Below are positions 31,790 through 41,677 of a stretch of DNA of 64,000 nucleotides, piece after piece. Source of the stretch: Faecousia sp. (GTDB lineage: Bacteria > Bacillota > Clostridia > Oscillospirales > Oscillospiraceae); contig JAZNIL010000061.1 in assembly GCA_045577435.1 (NCBI GenBank), forward strand, positions 583 through 64,582, in the 5' to 3' direction. Within the stretch, counting starts at the first letter, position 1. Each line of letters starts with the position of its first letter. Made by a program: the position numbers and the translations under genes. The notes under the pieces are model-generated. The model did not search any database, was not told the DNA's origin, and saw nothing but the letters and a program-made list of their open reading frames with translations.

Positions 31790-32329
31790 TCAAAGCATGG
31801 TATTTTTCAGCAGCTTGCTGATGGAATCCAGCCGGTTGCGCACCGTGCCGTCCACCCGCTTGCCGTCATAGTCCAGACGGATACCGCCCAGAACCTCAGG
31901 GTCCACCGATTTGTCAAGGGAAATTGTTTTCCCTGTTACCTGTGCCAATTTCTCTGTCAGCTTTTCTGTCTGGCTTACAGACAAAGGCTGGGCGGAAATC
32001 ACACGGACACAAACAATGCCGTTATCCTGATTGTACTGGTCACGGTAGGCCAGGACACACCCCGGAAAATGGCGGATGTAGCCCTTTTCCGTTAAAATTT
32101 TTAGAAAACTCAGCACATAGGGCTGCACCTTGCCCCGGAAGCTGCTGTCAATGATATGGCAGCGCTCCTGTTTGGCAATATCCGGCGCTGCCAGAAGCCG
32201 CAAAAAACCGGGTTCTTGGGCAAATGCCTGCTCCAGAACCGTCAGTTCTTCCAAAACAGCTCCAGCCAGATTTTCGTCCTTGGCAAGGGCATAAAGCCCC
32301 TGGGCGTATGCCTTTGCAATCTCCGTCAT
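31790..32329 (-). CDS. atpH: ATP synthase F1 delta
   Basis: AKAYAQGLY, VDPEVLGG, VDGTV; operon position. Confidence 0.93.
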   Translation of the reverse strand: MTEIAKAYAQGLYALAKDENLAGAVLEELTVLEQAFAQEPGFLRLLAAPDIAKQERCHIIDSSFRGKVQPYVLSFLKILTEKGYIRHFPGCVLAYRDQYNQDNGIVCVRVISAQPLSVSQTEKLTEKLAQVTGKTISLDKSVDPEVLGGIRLDYDGKRVDGTVRNRLDSISKLLKNTML

Positions 32330-32832
32330 ACGCCGTCACCCAATTGTTCAATGAACTGATCCACCAGCTTATCCTGGTCATCCTGATCCAGAGCCCGGCC
32401 TACCACCTTTCCGGCAATGGCCACTGCCAGCACAGAGATCTCATCCTTGGCTTCGTTGAGGGCCTTTTTCTTCTCCTGGGCAATATCCGCGCTGGCCTTA
32501 TCCCGAATGGCATTTGCCTCCGCGTTTGCCCGGCGCAGAATTTCCTCTTCCCGGCTTTGGCCACGGGCCACTGCCTCTTTTACGATCCGCTCAGAGGTTA
32601 CCTGTGCCTGGGTCAGCTTGTCCTCATATTCACCACGGAGAAGAGCTGCCTGCTCCTTGGCCTGATCTGCCTTGGTGTACATATCGTCAATTTCCTGCTG
32701 CCGTTCCCGGACGAGCTTCATCACAGGATTAAACAGGAATTTCCTTGCCACAACGTAGATAACCAAAGTGTTCAAAAGAACAAACAGAGCTGTCCAGAAG
32801 TTTACGCCGATAAATTCTTCAAAATATCCCAC
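32326..32832 (-). CDS. atpF: ATP synthase Fo subunit b
   Basis: N-terminal TM, FLFNPV..ERQ, long coiled coil. Confidence 0.93.
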   Translation of the reverse strand: MGYFEEFIGVNFWTALFVLLNTLVIYVVARKFLFNPVMKLVRERQQEIDDMYTKADQAKEQAALLRGEYEDKLTQAQVTSERIVKEAVARGQSREEEILRRANAEANAIRDKASADIAQEKKKALNEAKDEISVLAVAIAGKVVGRALDQDDQDKLVDQFIEQLGDGV

Positions 32833-32869
32833 TTCTGCAGACTCCTTTCTTCAAAATAGGGGTTTCCGC

Positions 32870-33127
<258 letters not shown>

Positions 33128-33161
33128 CTAAGAATGATATATGATGTTTTAATTGACAGAT

Positions 33162-34061
33162 TTATTCCGCTCCGGACTGGTCTGGCTCGGGCAGAGACCC
33201 GGCAATATAGACCATTGTGAGCAGGCTGAATACATAGGCCTGCACAAAACCGGAGAACAGATCAAAGTAACATGAGAGCACCGCAGGGATGCCCAAAGAA
33301 AGGATTGGTACGCCGGTCAGCACACCGGAAACCTCCAGAAATCCAAACAGCCCCAACACCGCTGAGATAATGGCAAACACCAGCGCCAGCTTTTTCCCAC
33401 TTCTTTTCCACAGAAGAAACAGCGCTGCACCAGCTGCCAGCAGTACGGCGGAAAGAATCCAGCCGCTGGCGGTAATCAGGTTCAGCACAGCGGCAGACAG
33501 CACGCTCAATGCCGCATAAATTAGTGTGGTGATAACACCACCGCCGGCTACGTTACCAAAATGACGGAATGCCATAGACACAGGCTGGGCAATCTCGGAA
33601 ACGATATTCATAGGGGTCATTACCACGATTGGATGAGTAAAGCCCTTGAGCCAGCCCACAAAACCGTTGTTCTTGATGTTGTTATACCATATGATCACAC
33701 TGACCATCACTGCCCAAACTGCCACACAGCTCAGATCCGCAGTGGTGGAACGCAAAAAGCCAGTCAGACCGATATAAGACCCAAACAGAGAACACAGAAA
33801 TATAGTGCCGATAAAGGGTGTCCAGTGGGCATTGTGTTCACCCATAGTGGAGGTGACCATATTCCTTAGCATCATAACGCCCTTTTCCACCAAAACCTGT
33901 TTTCCATCGGGACGTTTTTTCAGGTCCTTTCCAAGCCAAATACACAGCCAGCACAGAATGACCGTTACCACCAGAGAGGACACTGTTGTCTGGGTAATGG
34001 GAATCCCGCCAAATATCGGGATGGTAAAATACACGAATGCGCCGGTCACACTAATACTCAT
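33162..34061 (-). CDS. atpB: ATP synthase Fo subunit a
   Basis: TTADL, PVSMAFRHFGN, FSGFVQAYVFSLLT. Confidence 0.93.
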   Translation of the reverse strand: MSISVTGAFVYFTIPIFGGIPITQTTVSSLVVTVILCWLCIWLGKDLKKRPDGKQVLVEKGVMMLRNMVTSTMGEHNAHWTPFIGTIFLCSLFGSYIGLTGFLRSTTADLSCVAVWAVMVSVIIWYNNIKNNGFVGWLKGFTHPIVVMTPMNIVSEIAQPVSMAFRHFGNVAGGGVITTLIYAALSVLSAAVLNLITASGWILSAVLLAAGAALFLLWKRSGKKLALVFAIISAVLGLFGFLEVSGVLTGVPILSLGIPAVLSCYFDLFSGFVQAYVFSLLTMVYIAGSLPEPDQSGAE

Positions 34062-34066
34062 CTAAT

Positions 34067-34465
34067 TTACTCACCTGGCTTTCTGTCAAAAAATTCTGCC
34101 ACAGTTAATGTCAACCTTACAAATAACAAGGGGATCACAAGGGCCAACACATTGCACAACCCGCTTCTTGCAAACGCAAACAGGATAACAAACATGATTA
34201 CAAGCCGCAGGACATAGGACATCCGGACAGTAGCCTGACCGCCCTTGGCATCCTGCCCGGCAGCCTTGTCCGCCGCCAGGTTCACACCCAGAGCCATAAA
34301 GAAAAAATTGCCAACAGCCACCACAGCACCGATCACACCGCCCAGCAGCACAGAAAAATCAAACTTTCCCAACAAGGCAAATATCCCTACCATGGCTGCA
34401 ACGCCTACCGCTTCACCCAGAGCAACGATCCCCGTCTGGCGGAGCAAATATTTACGAGCGTCCAT
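34067..34465 (-). CDS. atpI: ATP synthase protein I
   Basis: Four-TM protein, SYVLRL, directly upstream of atpB. Confidence 0.8.
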   Translation of the reverse strand: MDARKYLLRQTGIVALGEAVGVAAMVGIFALLGKFDFSVLLGGVIGAVVAVGNFFFMALGVNLAADKAAGQDAKGGQATVRMSYVLRLVIMFVILFAFARSGLCNVLALVIPLLFVRLTLTVAEFFDRKPGE

Positions 34466-34480
34466 ACAGTTCCTCCTGCA

Positions 34481-34735
34481 TCATTCGTGGTCATTGAAGG
34501 ATACCGGTGGTTCCTCCCTGTTCTTATCCTTGCTCATATTGGACAGTATTTTCAGTGACTGGCGAAGTCCATCCACGGCTGAAACTACACCCAACACCAC
34601 ACCTACGAGGATAACCCACTGTCCTAACTCCCATCTGTTCCGCGCCCAGACCGCCAGCAAAATAAAGCCTGCCAGAGGCACCGCCACAGAAAGCCCCAAT
34701 TGGGTCACCCATACCAAGAGGTTGATATTTTTCAT
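34481..34735 (-). CDS. AtpZ/AtpQ (ATPase gene1) family protein
   Basis: TQLGLSVAVP, two TMs, first gene of the atp operon. Confidence 0.75.
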   Translation of the reverse strand: MKNINLLVWVTQLGLSVAVPLAGFILLAVWARNRWELGQWVILVGVVLGVVSAVDGLRQSLKILSNMSKDKNREEPPVSFNDHE

Positions 34736-34797
34736 TCCGTCACCGCCGTGTTCTTACAATGGTAATCCACTGTCTTTGCTGTTTCTTAACTTTTGGT

Positions 34798-34826
34798 ATT
34801 ATACACCAAAGATTTCCAGGTTTCAA
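34798..34826 (-). promoter_or_regulatory. Putative sigA promoter of the atp operon
   Basis: TTGAAA-17 nt-TATAAT. Confidence 0.75.
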
Positions 34827-34943
34827 TATATTTTCCTATATAATACCCATTTCTATTTTTTAGAGAAAAGGCTTTTCAATCCTCTGAAAATATTGTAAAC
34901 TATTTATAGGATACTATTCTGCCTGTCCGGAGGAGAGATCACA

Positions 34944-37157
34944 TTGTTTGAAACAGAGTTGGAGATTCTGCAAGGTACTATCAGCGCCGTTGTTTTTCAA
35001 AACTACGACAACGGCTATGCCGTTTTGCGCCTTATTCTGCCGGACCGGCAGACCGTTACGGTAGTGGGTACGATCCCCTTACCCACAGTTGGAGAACGGC
35101 TGATGGTCACAGGAAAGTGGAGCAGCCATTCCAACTACGGAAAACAGTTCGAAGCTGAGTTTCTGGAGCGTCTTATGCCCCAGACCGCCACGGAGATCCT
35201 TACATATCTGTCCAGCCGGGCCATCAAGGGAATCGGCCCCAAAACCGCAGCCCGGATCGTGGAGCATTTTGGAGAACAGACCCTACTGGTGATGGAACGG
35301 GAACCGGAACGGCTTTCCCAGATCAGCGGCATTTCCGAAGCCAAGGCTTTGGCAATTGGTGAAGCATTCCGGCTGCAGGTTGGTATGCGCCATTTGATGG
35401 AGTTTTTCGCCCTACATCATCTGCCTGCGGAGCTGGCAGTGCGGGTGTACAAGCTGTATGGAGAGACCGCTCTGGATCTTCTCTACGAAGATCCATATCT
35501 GCTGATGGATGAGGAGCTGGAAGCGCCTTTTGGCGCGGTGGACCGGTTTGCCATAGAGCTGGGCGTGGAGGGCGATGACCCCCGACGGATACAGGCAGGT
35601 ATTCTGTTTGAATTGCGCTATAATTTAAACGCTGGACACAGTTTTCTGCCACTTGAGAAACTGGCAAATGCTACGGCTCAGCTTTTAACTGTAGACGCCC
35701 AGTCCGCAAAAGACCAAATAAGCCATTTGCATGAATATGGCAGGCTGGAGTTGGACCATCTGGCAGGAATAGAGGTCTGCTATTTACCCCAGCTCCATCA
35801 AGCAGAGCTTTTCTGCTGTGAACGGCTGCTCCATTTTGCTATGCAGGAGTATACACCTCCCACCCAATTACAGAAAAAGCTCCATATTGCGGCGCAAGAA
35901 GTCAATATTCAATACTCGTACCAACAGGAACAGGCCATTGCCCACGCCGTTACCCACGGTCTTTTGCTGCTCACCGGCGGTCCCGGTACGGGCAAAACAA
36001 CCGTTATCAACGGTATCCTCTCTGTTTTTCATCAGATGGGTCTTACCTGTCTTCTTGCCGCGCCTACCGGACGGGCTGCCAAACGTATGAAAGAGGTCAC
36101 CGGGCAGGAGGCATCCACCATTCACAGGCTCTTAGGTGCGGGAATTGACCCACGCACAGGAAAACTGTTTTTCGCCAAAGATGAAGAAGATCCTTTAAAA
36201 GCAGATGTGGTGATCGTGGACGAGATGTCCATGGTAGATGTAAGCCTGCTGTACAATTTGCTGCAGGCAGTTCCGGGAAACGCCCGGTTGATTTTGGTGG
36301 GTGATCCAGACCAGCTGCCGCCGGTAGGGCCGGGTTTCCCCTTTGGAGATATGCTCCGCAGCGGTGTTCTGCCTGTGGTACAGCTGACGGAGATTTTCCG
36401 TCAGGCTCAGCAGAGCCTGATTGTTATGAATGCCCACCGGGTAAACCGTGGAGAAATGCCGGTGCTCAAGGACGTAAAGAACGACTTTTTCTTCATCCCC
36501 TGCCGCTCCGAGGAGGCTGTTGCCCAGACCATAGAGGGGCTTTGCGCCGCTCGGCTGCCCCAAAACATGGGCATTCCCTCTGACCAGATACAGGTGCTCT
36601 CCCCCACGAAAAAGGGTGGCGCCGGTACAGTATTCTTGAACAAAATCCTGCAGGCAAAGCTGAATCCCCCCTCCCCAGACAAGAAAGAACGGGCCTTTGG
36701 CGATTTCATCTTCCGGGAAGGCGACCGGGTCATGCAGATTCGGAACAATTACGATATCCTGTGGAAAAAGGCCGACGGTTCCATGGTGGGCACCGGCATT
36801 TTCAACGGGGACATCGGCATCGTTGTCCAGATTGACCCCAACATGGAATCGGTGCGTGTTCTGTTCGACGACAGAGAGGCTGAGTACGAATTCTCCCAAC
36901 TGAACGAGTTAGAACCCGCCTTTGCCATGACCGTACACAAAAGTCAGGGCAGCGAATACCGGGCGGTGGTGCTGTCGGCATGGGGCAGCAGCCCCTATCT
37001 TCTCAGCCGCAGCATTCTCTACACCGCCATCACCAGAGCTAGGGAACTGCTGGTGATTGTTGGACGGGAGGAGACCGTGGCAGCAATGGTGGAAAACGCG
37101 AAAACCGGACGGCGTTACACAGGACTAAAGCTGCGTCTGCAGGGAAAGGCCGATTGA
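34944..37157 (+). CDS. recD2: RecD2-like SF1B helicase
   Basis: IKGIGPKTA HhH, TGGPGTGKT, APTGRAA, VDEMSM, GDPDQLP, TVHKSQGSE, YTAITRA. Confidence 0.95.
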   Translation: MFETELEILQGTISAVVFQNYDNGYAVLRLILPDRQTVTVVGTIPLPTVGERLMVTGKWSSHSNYGKQFEAEFLERLMPQTATEILTYLSSRAIKGIGPKTAARIVEHFGEQTLLVMEREPERLSQISGISEAKALAIGEAFRLQVGMRHLMEFFALHHLPAELAVRVYKLYGETALDLLYEDPYLLMDEELEAPFGAVDRFAIELGVEGDDPRRIQAGILFELRYNLNAGHSFLPLEKLANATAQLLTVDAQSAKDQISHLHEYGRLELDHLAGIEVCYLPQLHQAELFCCERLLHFAMQEYTPPTQLQKKLHIAAQEVNIQYSYQQEQAIAHAVTHGLLLLTGGPGTGKTTVINGILSVFHQMGLTCLLAAPTGRAAKRMKEVTGQEASTIHRLLGAGIDPRTGKLFFAKDEEDPLKADVVIVDEMSMVDVSLLYNLLQAVPGNARLILVGDPDQLPPVGPGFPFGDMLRSGVLPVVQLTEIFRQAQQSLIVMNAHRVNRGEMPVLKDVKNDFFFIPCRSEEAVAQTIEGLCAARLPQNMGIPSDQIQVLSPTKKGGAGTVFLNKILQAKLNPPSPDKKERAFGDFIFREGDRVMQIRNNYDILWKKADGSMVGTGIFNGDIGIVVQIDPNMESVRVLFDDREAEYEFSQLNELEPAFAMTVHKSQGSEYRAVVLSAWGSSPYLLSRSILYTAITRARELLVIVGREETVAAMVENAKTGRRYTGLKLRLQGKAD

Positions 37158-37158
37158 C

Positions 37159-37818
37159 ATGTTCCATTGGATCCTGGAGCTTTTGTTCCCCTCCCGGTGC
37201 GTTTTGTGCAGGAAACACTTAGACAAAGACGAAACAGACCTGTGTCACAATTGCCGGAAGAACATCCCAGAGATTAAAACTGAAAAAATTAAATATTCCT
37301 TCCTTGCAGGATGGTCCTGCGTATGGTATTATAAGGACAGTGTACGAAAAAGTCTGCACCGGTTTAAGTTCGGCAGCCGGCGCAGCTACGCAAAATGCTA
37401 TGGCCGTTTGCTGGCCATGGAACTGCAAAAACAGGCACAGACGGATTTTGATATCCTCACATGGGCGCCAATCGCCCCTCTGCGCCGCTTGAAGCGAGGC
37501 TACGACCAATGCCAGCTTTTGGCGGAAGCGGTGGCCGAGGAGTTGGGCATGCAAGCTGTCCGCACCTTGCGTAAGGTGCGGAACACCCCACCTCAATCCT
37601 CCATCAGAAATGCCGCTGCCCGGCGGGCAAATGTATCGGGTGCATACAAAACTGTTGAGGAACTGCCATTAAAGGGCAAAAGGATCCTTTTACTGGATGA
37701 TATTATTACCACTGGCGCCACTGCCTCGGAATGCGCCCGTGTGCTGCTTACCGCCGGGGCGAAAGAAGTATACTTGGGTGCGGTGGCTGCCGCGCCCCAT
37801 GACAAAAAATGTAGGTGA
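37159..37818 (+). CDS. ComF family protein
   Basis: Double CxxC zinc ribbon, RGYDQ, PRT motif LLDDIITTGAT. Confidence 0.92.
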   Translation: MFHWILELLFPSRCVLCRKHLDKDETDLCHNCRKNIPEIKTEKIKYSFLAGWSCVWYYKDSVRKSLHRFKFGSRRSYAKCYGRLLAMELQKQAQTDFDILTWAPIAPLRRLKRGYDQCQLLAEAVAEELGMQAVRTLRKVRNTPPQSSIRNAAARRANVSGAYKTVEELPLKGKRILLLDDIITTGATASECARVLLTAGAKEVYLGAVAAAPHDKKCR

Positions 37819-38865
37819 ATGACTATGCAATTATTATCCAACGATTTGGGTCTGGATCTAGGCACCTCCAATGCGCTGATCAACGTGGACGGCAGAGGTG
37901 TGGTTATCCGGGAGCCGTCGGTAATCGCGGTGGACAAGAATACCGGCAAGATTCTGCAGGTAGGCGCATCCGCCAGAAATATGCTGGGCCGGACTCCGGG
38001 CAATGTGGTGGCCATGTATCCGCTGAAGGATGGCGTAATCTCCGACCATGAGCTGACGGTGAAAATGCTTCAAGAATTTTTCCAGAAGGTCAGCAAGGCT
38101 AGGGTGTTTACCCCCAAGCCCAGAGTGGTTATGTGTGTCCCCAGCGGCGTTACGGAAGTGGAAGAGCGAACCATCATCAACGCAGCCATTGAGGCCGGCG
38201 CGCGGCGTGTGTACCTGATCGAAGCGCCTTTGGCCGCTGGTCTGGGCGCCGGTCTGGATATCAGCGGTCCCAGCGGACATATGGTAGTGGACATTGGCGG
38301 CGGCACTACGGATATCGGCGTACTGTCCATGAACGGTGTGGCTGCCTCCTCCTCTCTGACCGCCGCCGGCATTGCCTTCGATGAGAGCATTGCCCGCTAT
38401 ATGCGCCGCAAACACGGCATGATTATTGGCCAGGCGACCGCGGAGGATATCAAGATCCAGATTGGCAGAGTATATCCCCGCAGCGATGAGGCCACTATGG
38501 TGGTTAAAGGCCGGGACGCAAAGGCCGGCGTTCCCAAGGAAGTAACCGTTTTCGCCTCTGAGATCTGTGAGGTTTTGAGCCGTATGGCCAACCGGATTGC
38601 TGACGAGGTTCTATCGGTGTTGGAAGACACCTCCCCCGAACTTGTAGGTGATATCTCCGAAAACGGAATTACCCTCACCGGCGGCGGAAGTCAGCTCTGG
38701 GGCATGGATCTGCTGCTTTCGGAACGTACCGGAATTCAGTGCCGGGTGGCAGATGACCCGGCTTCCTGTGCGGTCTATGGCTGCGGCAAGAGTCTTGCAT
38801 GGATCAATCACATGAACGAAGGTCCTATCAACATCGCCCGCAGAAGAATCATGAACCGCAGATAA
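37819..38865 (+). CDS. MreB/Mbl family actin-like protein
   Basis: DLGTSN, EPSV, PLKDGVISD, DIGGGTT, LTGGG. Confidence 0.93.
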   Translation: MTMQLLSNDLGLDLGTSNALINVDGRGVVIREPSVIAVDKNTGKILQVGASARNMLGRTPGNVVAMYPLKDGVISDHELTVKMLQEFFQKVSKARVFTPKPRVVMCVPSGVTEVEERTIINAAIEAGARRVYLIEAPLAAGLGAGLDISGPSGHMVVDIGGGTTDIGVLSMNGVAASSSLTAAGIAFDESIARYMRRKHGMIIGQATAEDIKIQIGRVYPRSDEATMVVKGRDAKAGVPKEVTVFASEICEVLSRMANRIADEVLSVLEDTSPELVGDISENGITLTGGGSQLWGMDLLLSERTGIQCRVADDPASCAVYGCGKSLAWINHMNEGPINIARRRIMNRR

Positions 38866-38919
38866 AAATTCCCACGCCTTTGCGCTTGTCCTGCGCGAAA
38901 GCGTGGGTTCTTTTCTCAT

Positions 38920-38952
38920 AAAAACCGGCAGACAAAGCGCCTGCCGGTTTTT
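38920..38952. terminator. Bidirectional terminator between the mreB-like gene and the feo operon
   Basis: AAAAACCGGCAG...CTGCCGGTTTTT; a second hairpin with a T tail lies at ~38871-38915. Confidence 0.8.
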
Positions 38953-38974
38953 ACATAGATAACGTACCGAAATC

Positions 38975-39154
38975 TTACCTTTCCGTATGGCTGCAGCCTT
39001 GACAGTTTTCATTACAGCCGCCGGCTTTGCCGCAGCTTGCAGCGGCGGGACAGCCGATACATTTCACGCCCCGTTTTTTCTGGCGGATTACATACCTCAA
39101 GGCCAGCACTGCTATCAGGGCCACCACAACAATGATGATAATATTTTCTAACAT
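38975..39154 (-). CDS. FeoB-associated Cys-rich membrane protein (59 aa)
   Basis: Not in ORF track; manual translation MLENIIIIVVVALIAVLALRYVIRQKKRGVKCIGCPAAASCGKAGGCNENCQGCSHTER, 6 nt after the feoB stop. Confidence 0.88.
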   Translation of the reverse strand: MLENIIIIVVVALIAVLALRYVIRQKKRGVKCIGCPAAASCGKAGGCNENCQGCSHTER

Positions 39155-39160
39155 AGCTAA

Positions 39161-41173
39161 TTACTTCTTTCCGCAAAGAGCGCGTTCCGCCTTTAAATCC
39201 CTGTCTGTTTTGTCGATCCTGTAGATCACAAACGCTGTCATCAAAATCACCGCAATCAGACCGGGCAGGAAGCCGATTCCCACAGTGCCTGTGGTAATCA
39301 GCGTTCCCATCTGATATACCAGGAAGCCTACCGTAAAGCCAACACCCAGCTGCAGGGCAATACCGCCCCAAAGCCACTTGGCGCTCTTCATTTCCGCGTT
39401 CATAGCGCCGATCGCCGCAAAACACGGGGGTGAGTAGAGGTTAAACATCATGTACGCCAAGGCAGCGACACGGGTAAGTCCCACCATCGTGGCCGCCACC
39501 TCATTGCCCGCGATGCCATCGGCAATGGACAGTTCGTCCATGTTGATCAGATTCTCCAGCCCTACAAAGCACACAGCCAGTGTTCCTACCACGTTTTCCT
39601 TTGCGATAAATCCGGTAATCGCGGCAGCAGCCAGCTGCCAGCTAAGCACACCCACAACAGGCACCAGCATGTACGCAAAGGGTCCGGCAATGGAGGCCAG
39701 AATAGACTCATTGGCGCTGTTGGCCACCTGCAGGCTCCAAGTGAAGGTCTGCATAATCTGCACCACTGTGTTGCACAGCAGGATGATGGTAGCCGCCTTC
39801 ACGATATAGGACCAGCCACGGGAGCACATGGACAGGAATGCCCGCTTGAAGGAGGGTACTTTGTACTCAGGAAGCTCCATAATAAAGAAGGATTTTTTCA
39901 CTTTATGTCCGGTGATTCTGTTGACCAGCAGCGCGCACAGGAAGATCAGCACGATACCGCACAGGTAAGCCACAGCACTGACCCAGCCCGCATTGCCAAA
40001 AAACGCGCCGGCAAACAGGGCGATCACAGGGATTTTTGCCCCGCAGGGCATGAACGGAGCCAGCATAGCGGCGGCTCTCCGCTCCCGCTCGTTGCGGATG
40101 GTGCGGGAAGCCATAACGCCGGGAATGGCGCAGCCGATGGCAATGACAAAGGGAATCACAGACTTGCCGGAAAGACCCACTCTTTTGAAAATGGGGTCAA
40201 GCACCACAGATACACGAGCCATATAGCCGCAGTCTTCCAACAAGGCGATGAGGAAATACATCACCATGACCAGAGGCAGGAAGCCAATTACCGCGATCAA
40301 TCCGCCAATAACACCGTCTACCAGCAGCGCAGACAGGAACGGGGTCGCACCGGACATCAGTTCTGCTACCCAACCCTGAAATACCTCCAGCCAAACAACC
40401 AGGGTATCCGCAATCCATGGGCCTACCCAAGCCTGAGAGATCTGGAACACCAGATACATCACCACCGCAAAGATGGGGATTCCTGCCCATTTATTGGTGA
40501 GCACGTCATCTATCTTATCCTGGAAATTCCGCATATTGGTGCGTACTTTCCGGGTCTCTACCTTTGCTACGATCCCATTGACAAAAGCAAAGCGCTTACG
40601 GTCGGCAGCTTCCACAGCCTTCTTGTCGGTCAAATCCACATTCCCCTGAACATAGGGAGCGTTTTGGGTCTTTCCCCGCAAGGAAACGGCTGTTTTTACC
40701 ACCTCCGCCAGATCGCCGTGCCCGCCGGCGGTGGAGACCGTTTCCAGCACAGGACAGCCAAGGGCAACAGACAGCGCCGAGGTGTCAATCCTGGTAGATT
40801 TTTTCTTGTTAAGGTCCGTCTTATTCAGGGCAACCACCACAGGCACACCCAGTTCCAGCAGCTGGGTGGTAAAGAACAAACTCCGGCTTAGATTGGTTGC
40901 ATCCACAATGTTGACAATCACATCCGGATTGGCGCCCTTCACATAGGCGCTGGTGATGCTCTCCTCAGAAGTAAAAGGAGACATGGAGTAAGCGCCCGGC
41001 AAATCAACCGCAACCAGTTCCTCGTCCCCATCGTAAAAATGCTTCTTAATAGGCGCCATTTTCTTTTCAACGGTAACGCCCGCCCAGTTGCCTACCTTTT
41101 CGTTCTTGCCGGTCAGGGCATTGTACATAGTGGTTTTACCGCTGTTGGGATTGCCTGTGAAAGCAATTTTCAT
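39161..41173 (-). CDS. feoB: Ferrous iron transporter B
   Basis: GNPNSGKT, VGNWAGVTVE, DLPGAYS, LNKTD, LEDCGYMAR, MELPEY, AKENVV; ATG after GGAGG. Confidence 0.96.
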   Translation of the reverse strand: MKIAFTGNPNSGKTTMYNALTGKNEKVGNWAGVTVEKKMAPIKKHFYDGDEELVAVDLPGAYSMSPFTSEESITSAYVKGANPDVIVNIVDATNLSRSLFFTTQLLELGVPVVVALNKTDLNKKKSTRIDTSALSVALGCPVLETVSTAGGHGDLAEVVKTAVSLRGKTQNAPYVQGNVDLTDKKAVEAADRKRFAFVNGIVAKVETRKVRTNMRNFQDKIDDVLTNKWAGIPIFAVVMYLVFQISQAWVGPWIADTLVVWLEVFQGWVAELMSGATPFLSALLVDGVIGGLIAVIGFLPLVMVMYFLIALLEDCGYMARVSVVLDPIFKRVGLSGKSVIPFVIAIGCAIPGVMASRTIRNERERRAAAMLAPFMPCGAKIPVIALFAGAFFGNAGWVSAVAYLCGIVLIFLCALLVNRITGHKVKKSFFIMELPEYKVPSFKRAFLSMCSRGWSYIVKAATIILLCNTVVQIMQTFTWSLQVANSANESILASIAGPFAYMLVPVVGVLSWQLAAAAITGFIAKENVVGTLAVCFVGLENLINMDELSIADGIAGNEVAATMVGLTRVAALAYMMFNLYSPPCFAAIGAMNAEMKSAKWLWGGIALQLGVGFTVGFLVYQMGTLITTGTVGIGFLPGLIAVILMTAFVIYRIDKTDRDLKAERALCGKK

Positions 41174-41240
41174 AGTTTCTCCTCCTCGTCGTGCCAAAAG
41201 GCACGGACAACACAGTTCCTGTGTCACTATTCTATCTTAT

Positions 41241-41258
41241 GGTTAGTCAATGCTAACC
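41241..41258. promoter_or_regulatory. DtxR/MntR-like operator between feoA and feoB
   Basis: GGTTAG-TCAATG-CTAACC palindrome. Confidence 0.7.
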
Positions 41259-41297
41259 TATTACCAAAACCAACCGGCAGGGTTTCCCACGGTCCTT

Positions 41298-41513
41298 TTA
41301 TTCTACCGTGATTGCCTCTGCCAAGTGCTTATCGATGTTATATCTGCCATCTTTGATGGAGACCACACAGCCGCTCTTGCGGCGGGTCACCACTGTGATG
41401 GGTTCGCCACTGTAACAGCCAAGAGAAAACAGGAATGCGTTCAGTTCTTCATCATCCGTTTCCACAGCACTGATAATATACTCTTTGCCTTCCTGCGCGA
41501 CGCTTAAATTCAT
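41298..41513 (-). CDS. feoA: FeoA family protein
   Basis: FLFSLGCYSGEPI, 71 aa, upstream of feoB. Confidence 0.9.
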   Translation of the reverse strand: MNLSVAQEGKEYIISAVETDDEELNAFLFSLGCYSGEPITVVTRRKSGCVVSIKDGRYNIDKHLAEAITVE

Positions 41514-41559
41514 GCATTTACCACCCGATTCAAAGGTTCCTTCCGGTCAGACGTCTTAA

Positions 41560-41647
41560 TTAGGCACCGCTAACCGCGTTTCGAAAAGAAACAATTAGCA
41601 TACGCTAACCGCATTGTTATAATAAACCTTTTGTAAAAGTTTGTCAA
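41560..41647 (-). promoter_or_regulatory. feo promoter with two TTAG-N6-CTAA boxes
   Basis: TTGACA-17 nt-TATTAT (41647-41619); boxes at 41595-41608 and 41560-41573 downstream of the -10. Confidence 0.72.
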
Positions 41648-41677
41648 TATCTATCTTTCTTTTTTGGGAAAAAATGT

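Noticed and set aside
39012-39425. 137 aa minus-strand ORF overlapping the feoB end
   Set aside because: Wrong frame; the credible product here is the 59 aa Cys-rich protein at 38975-39154.
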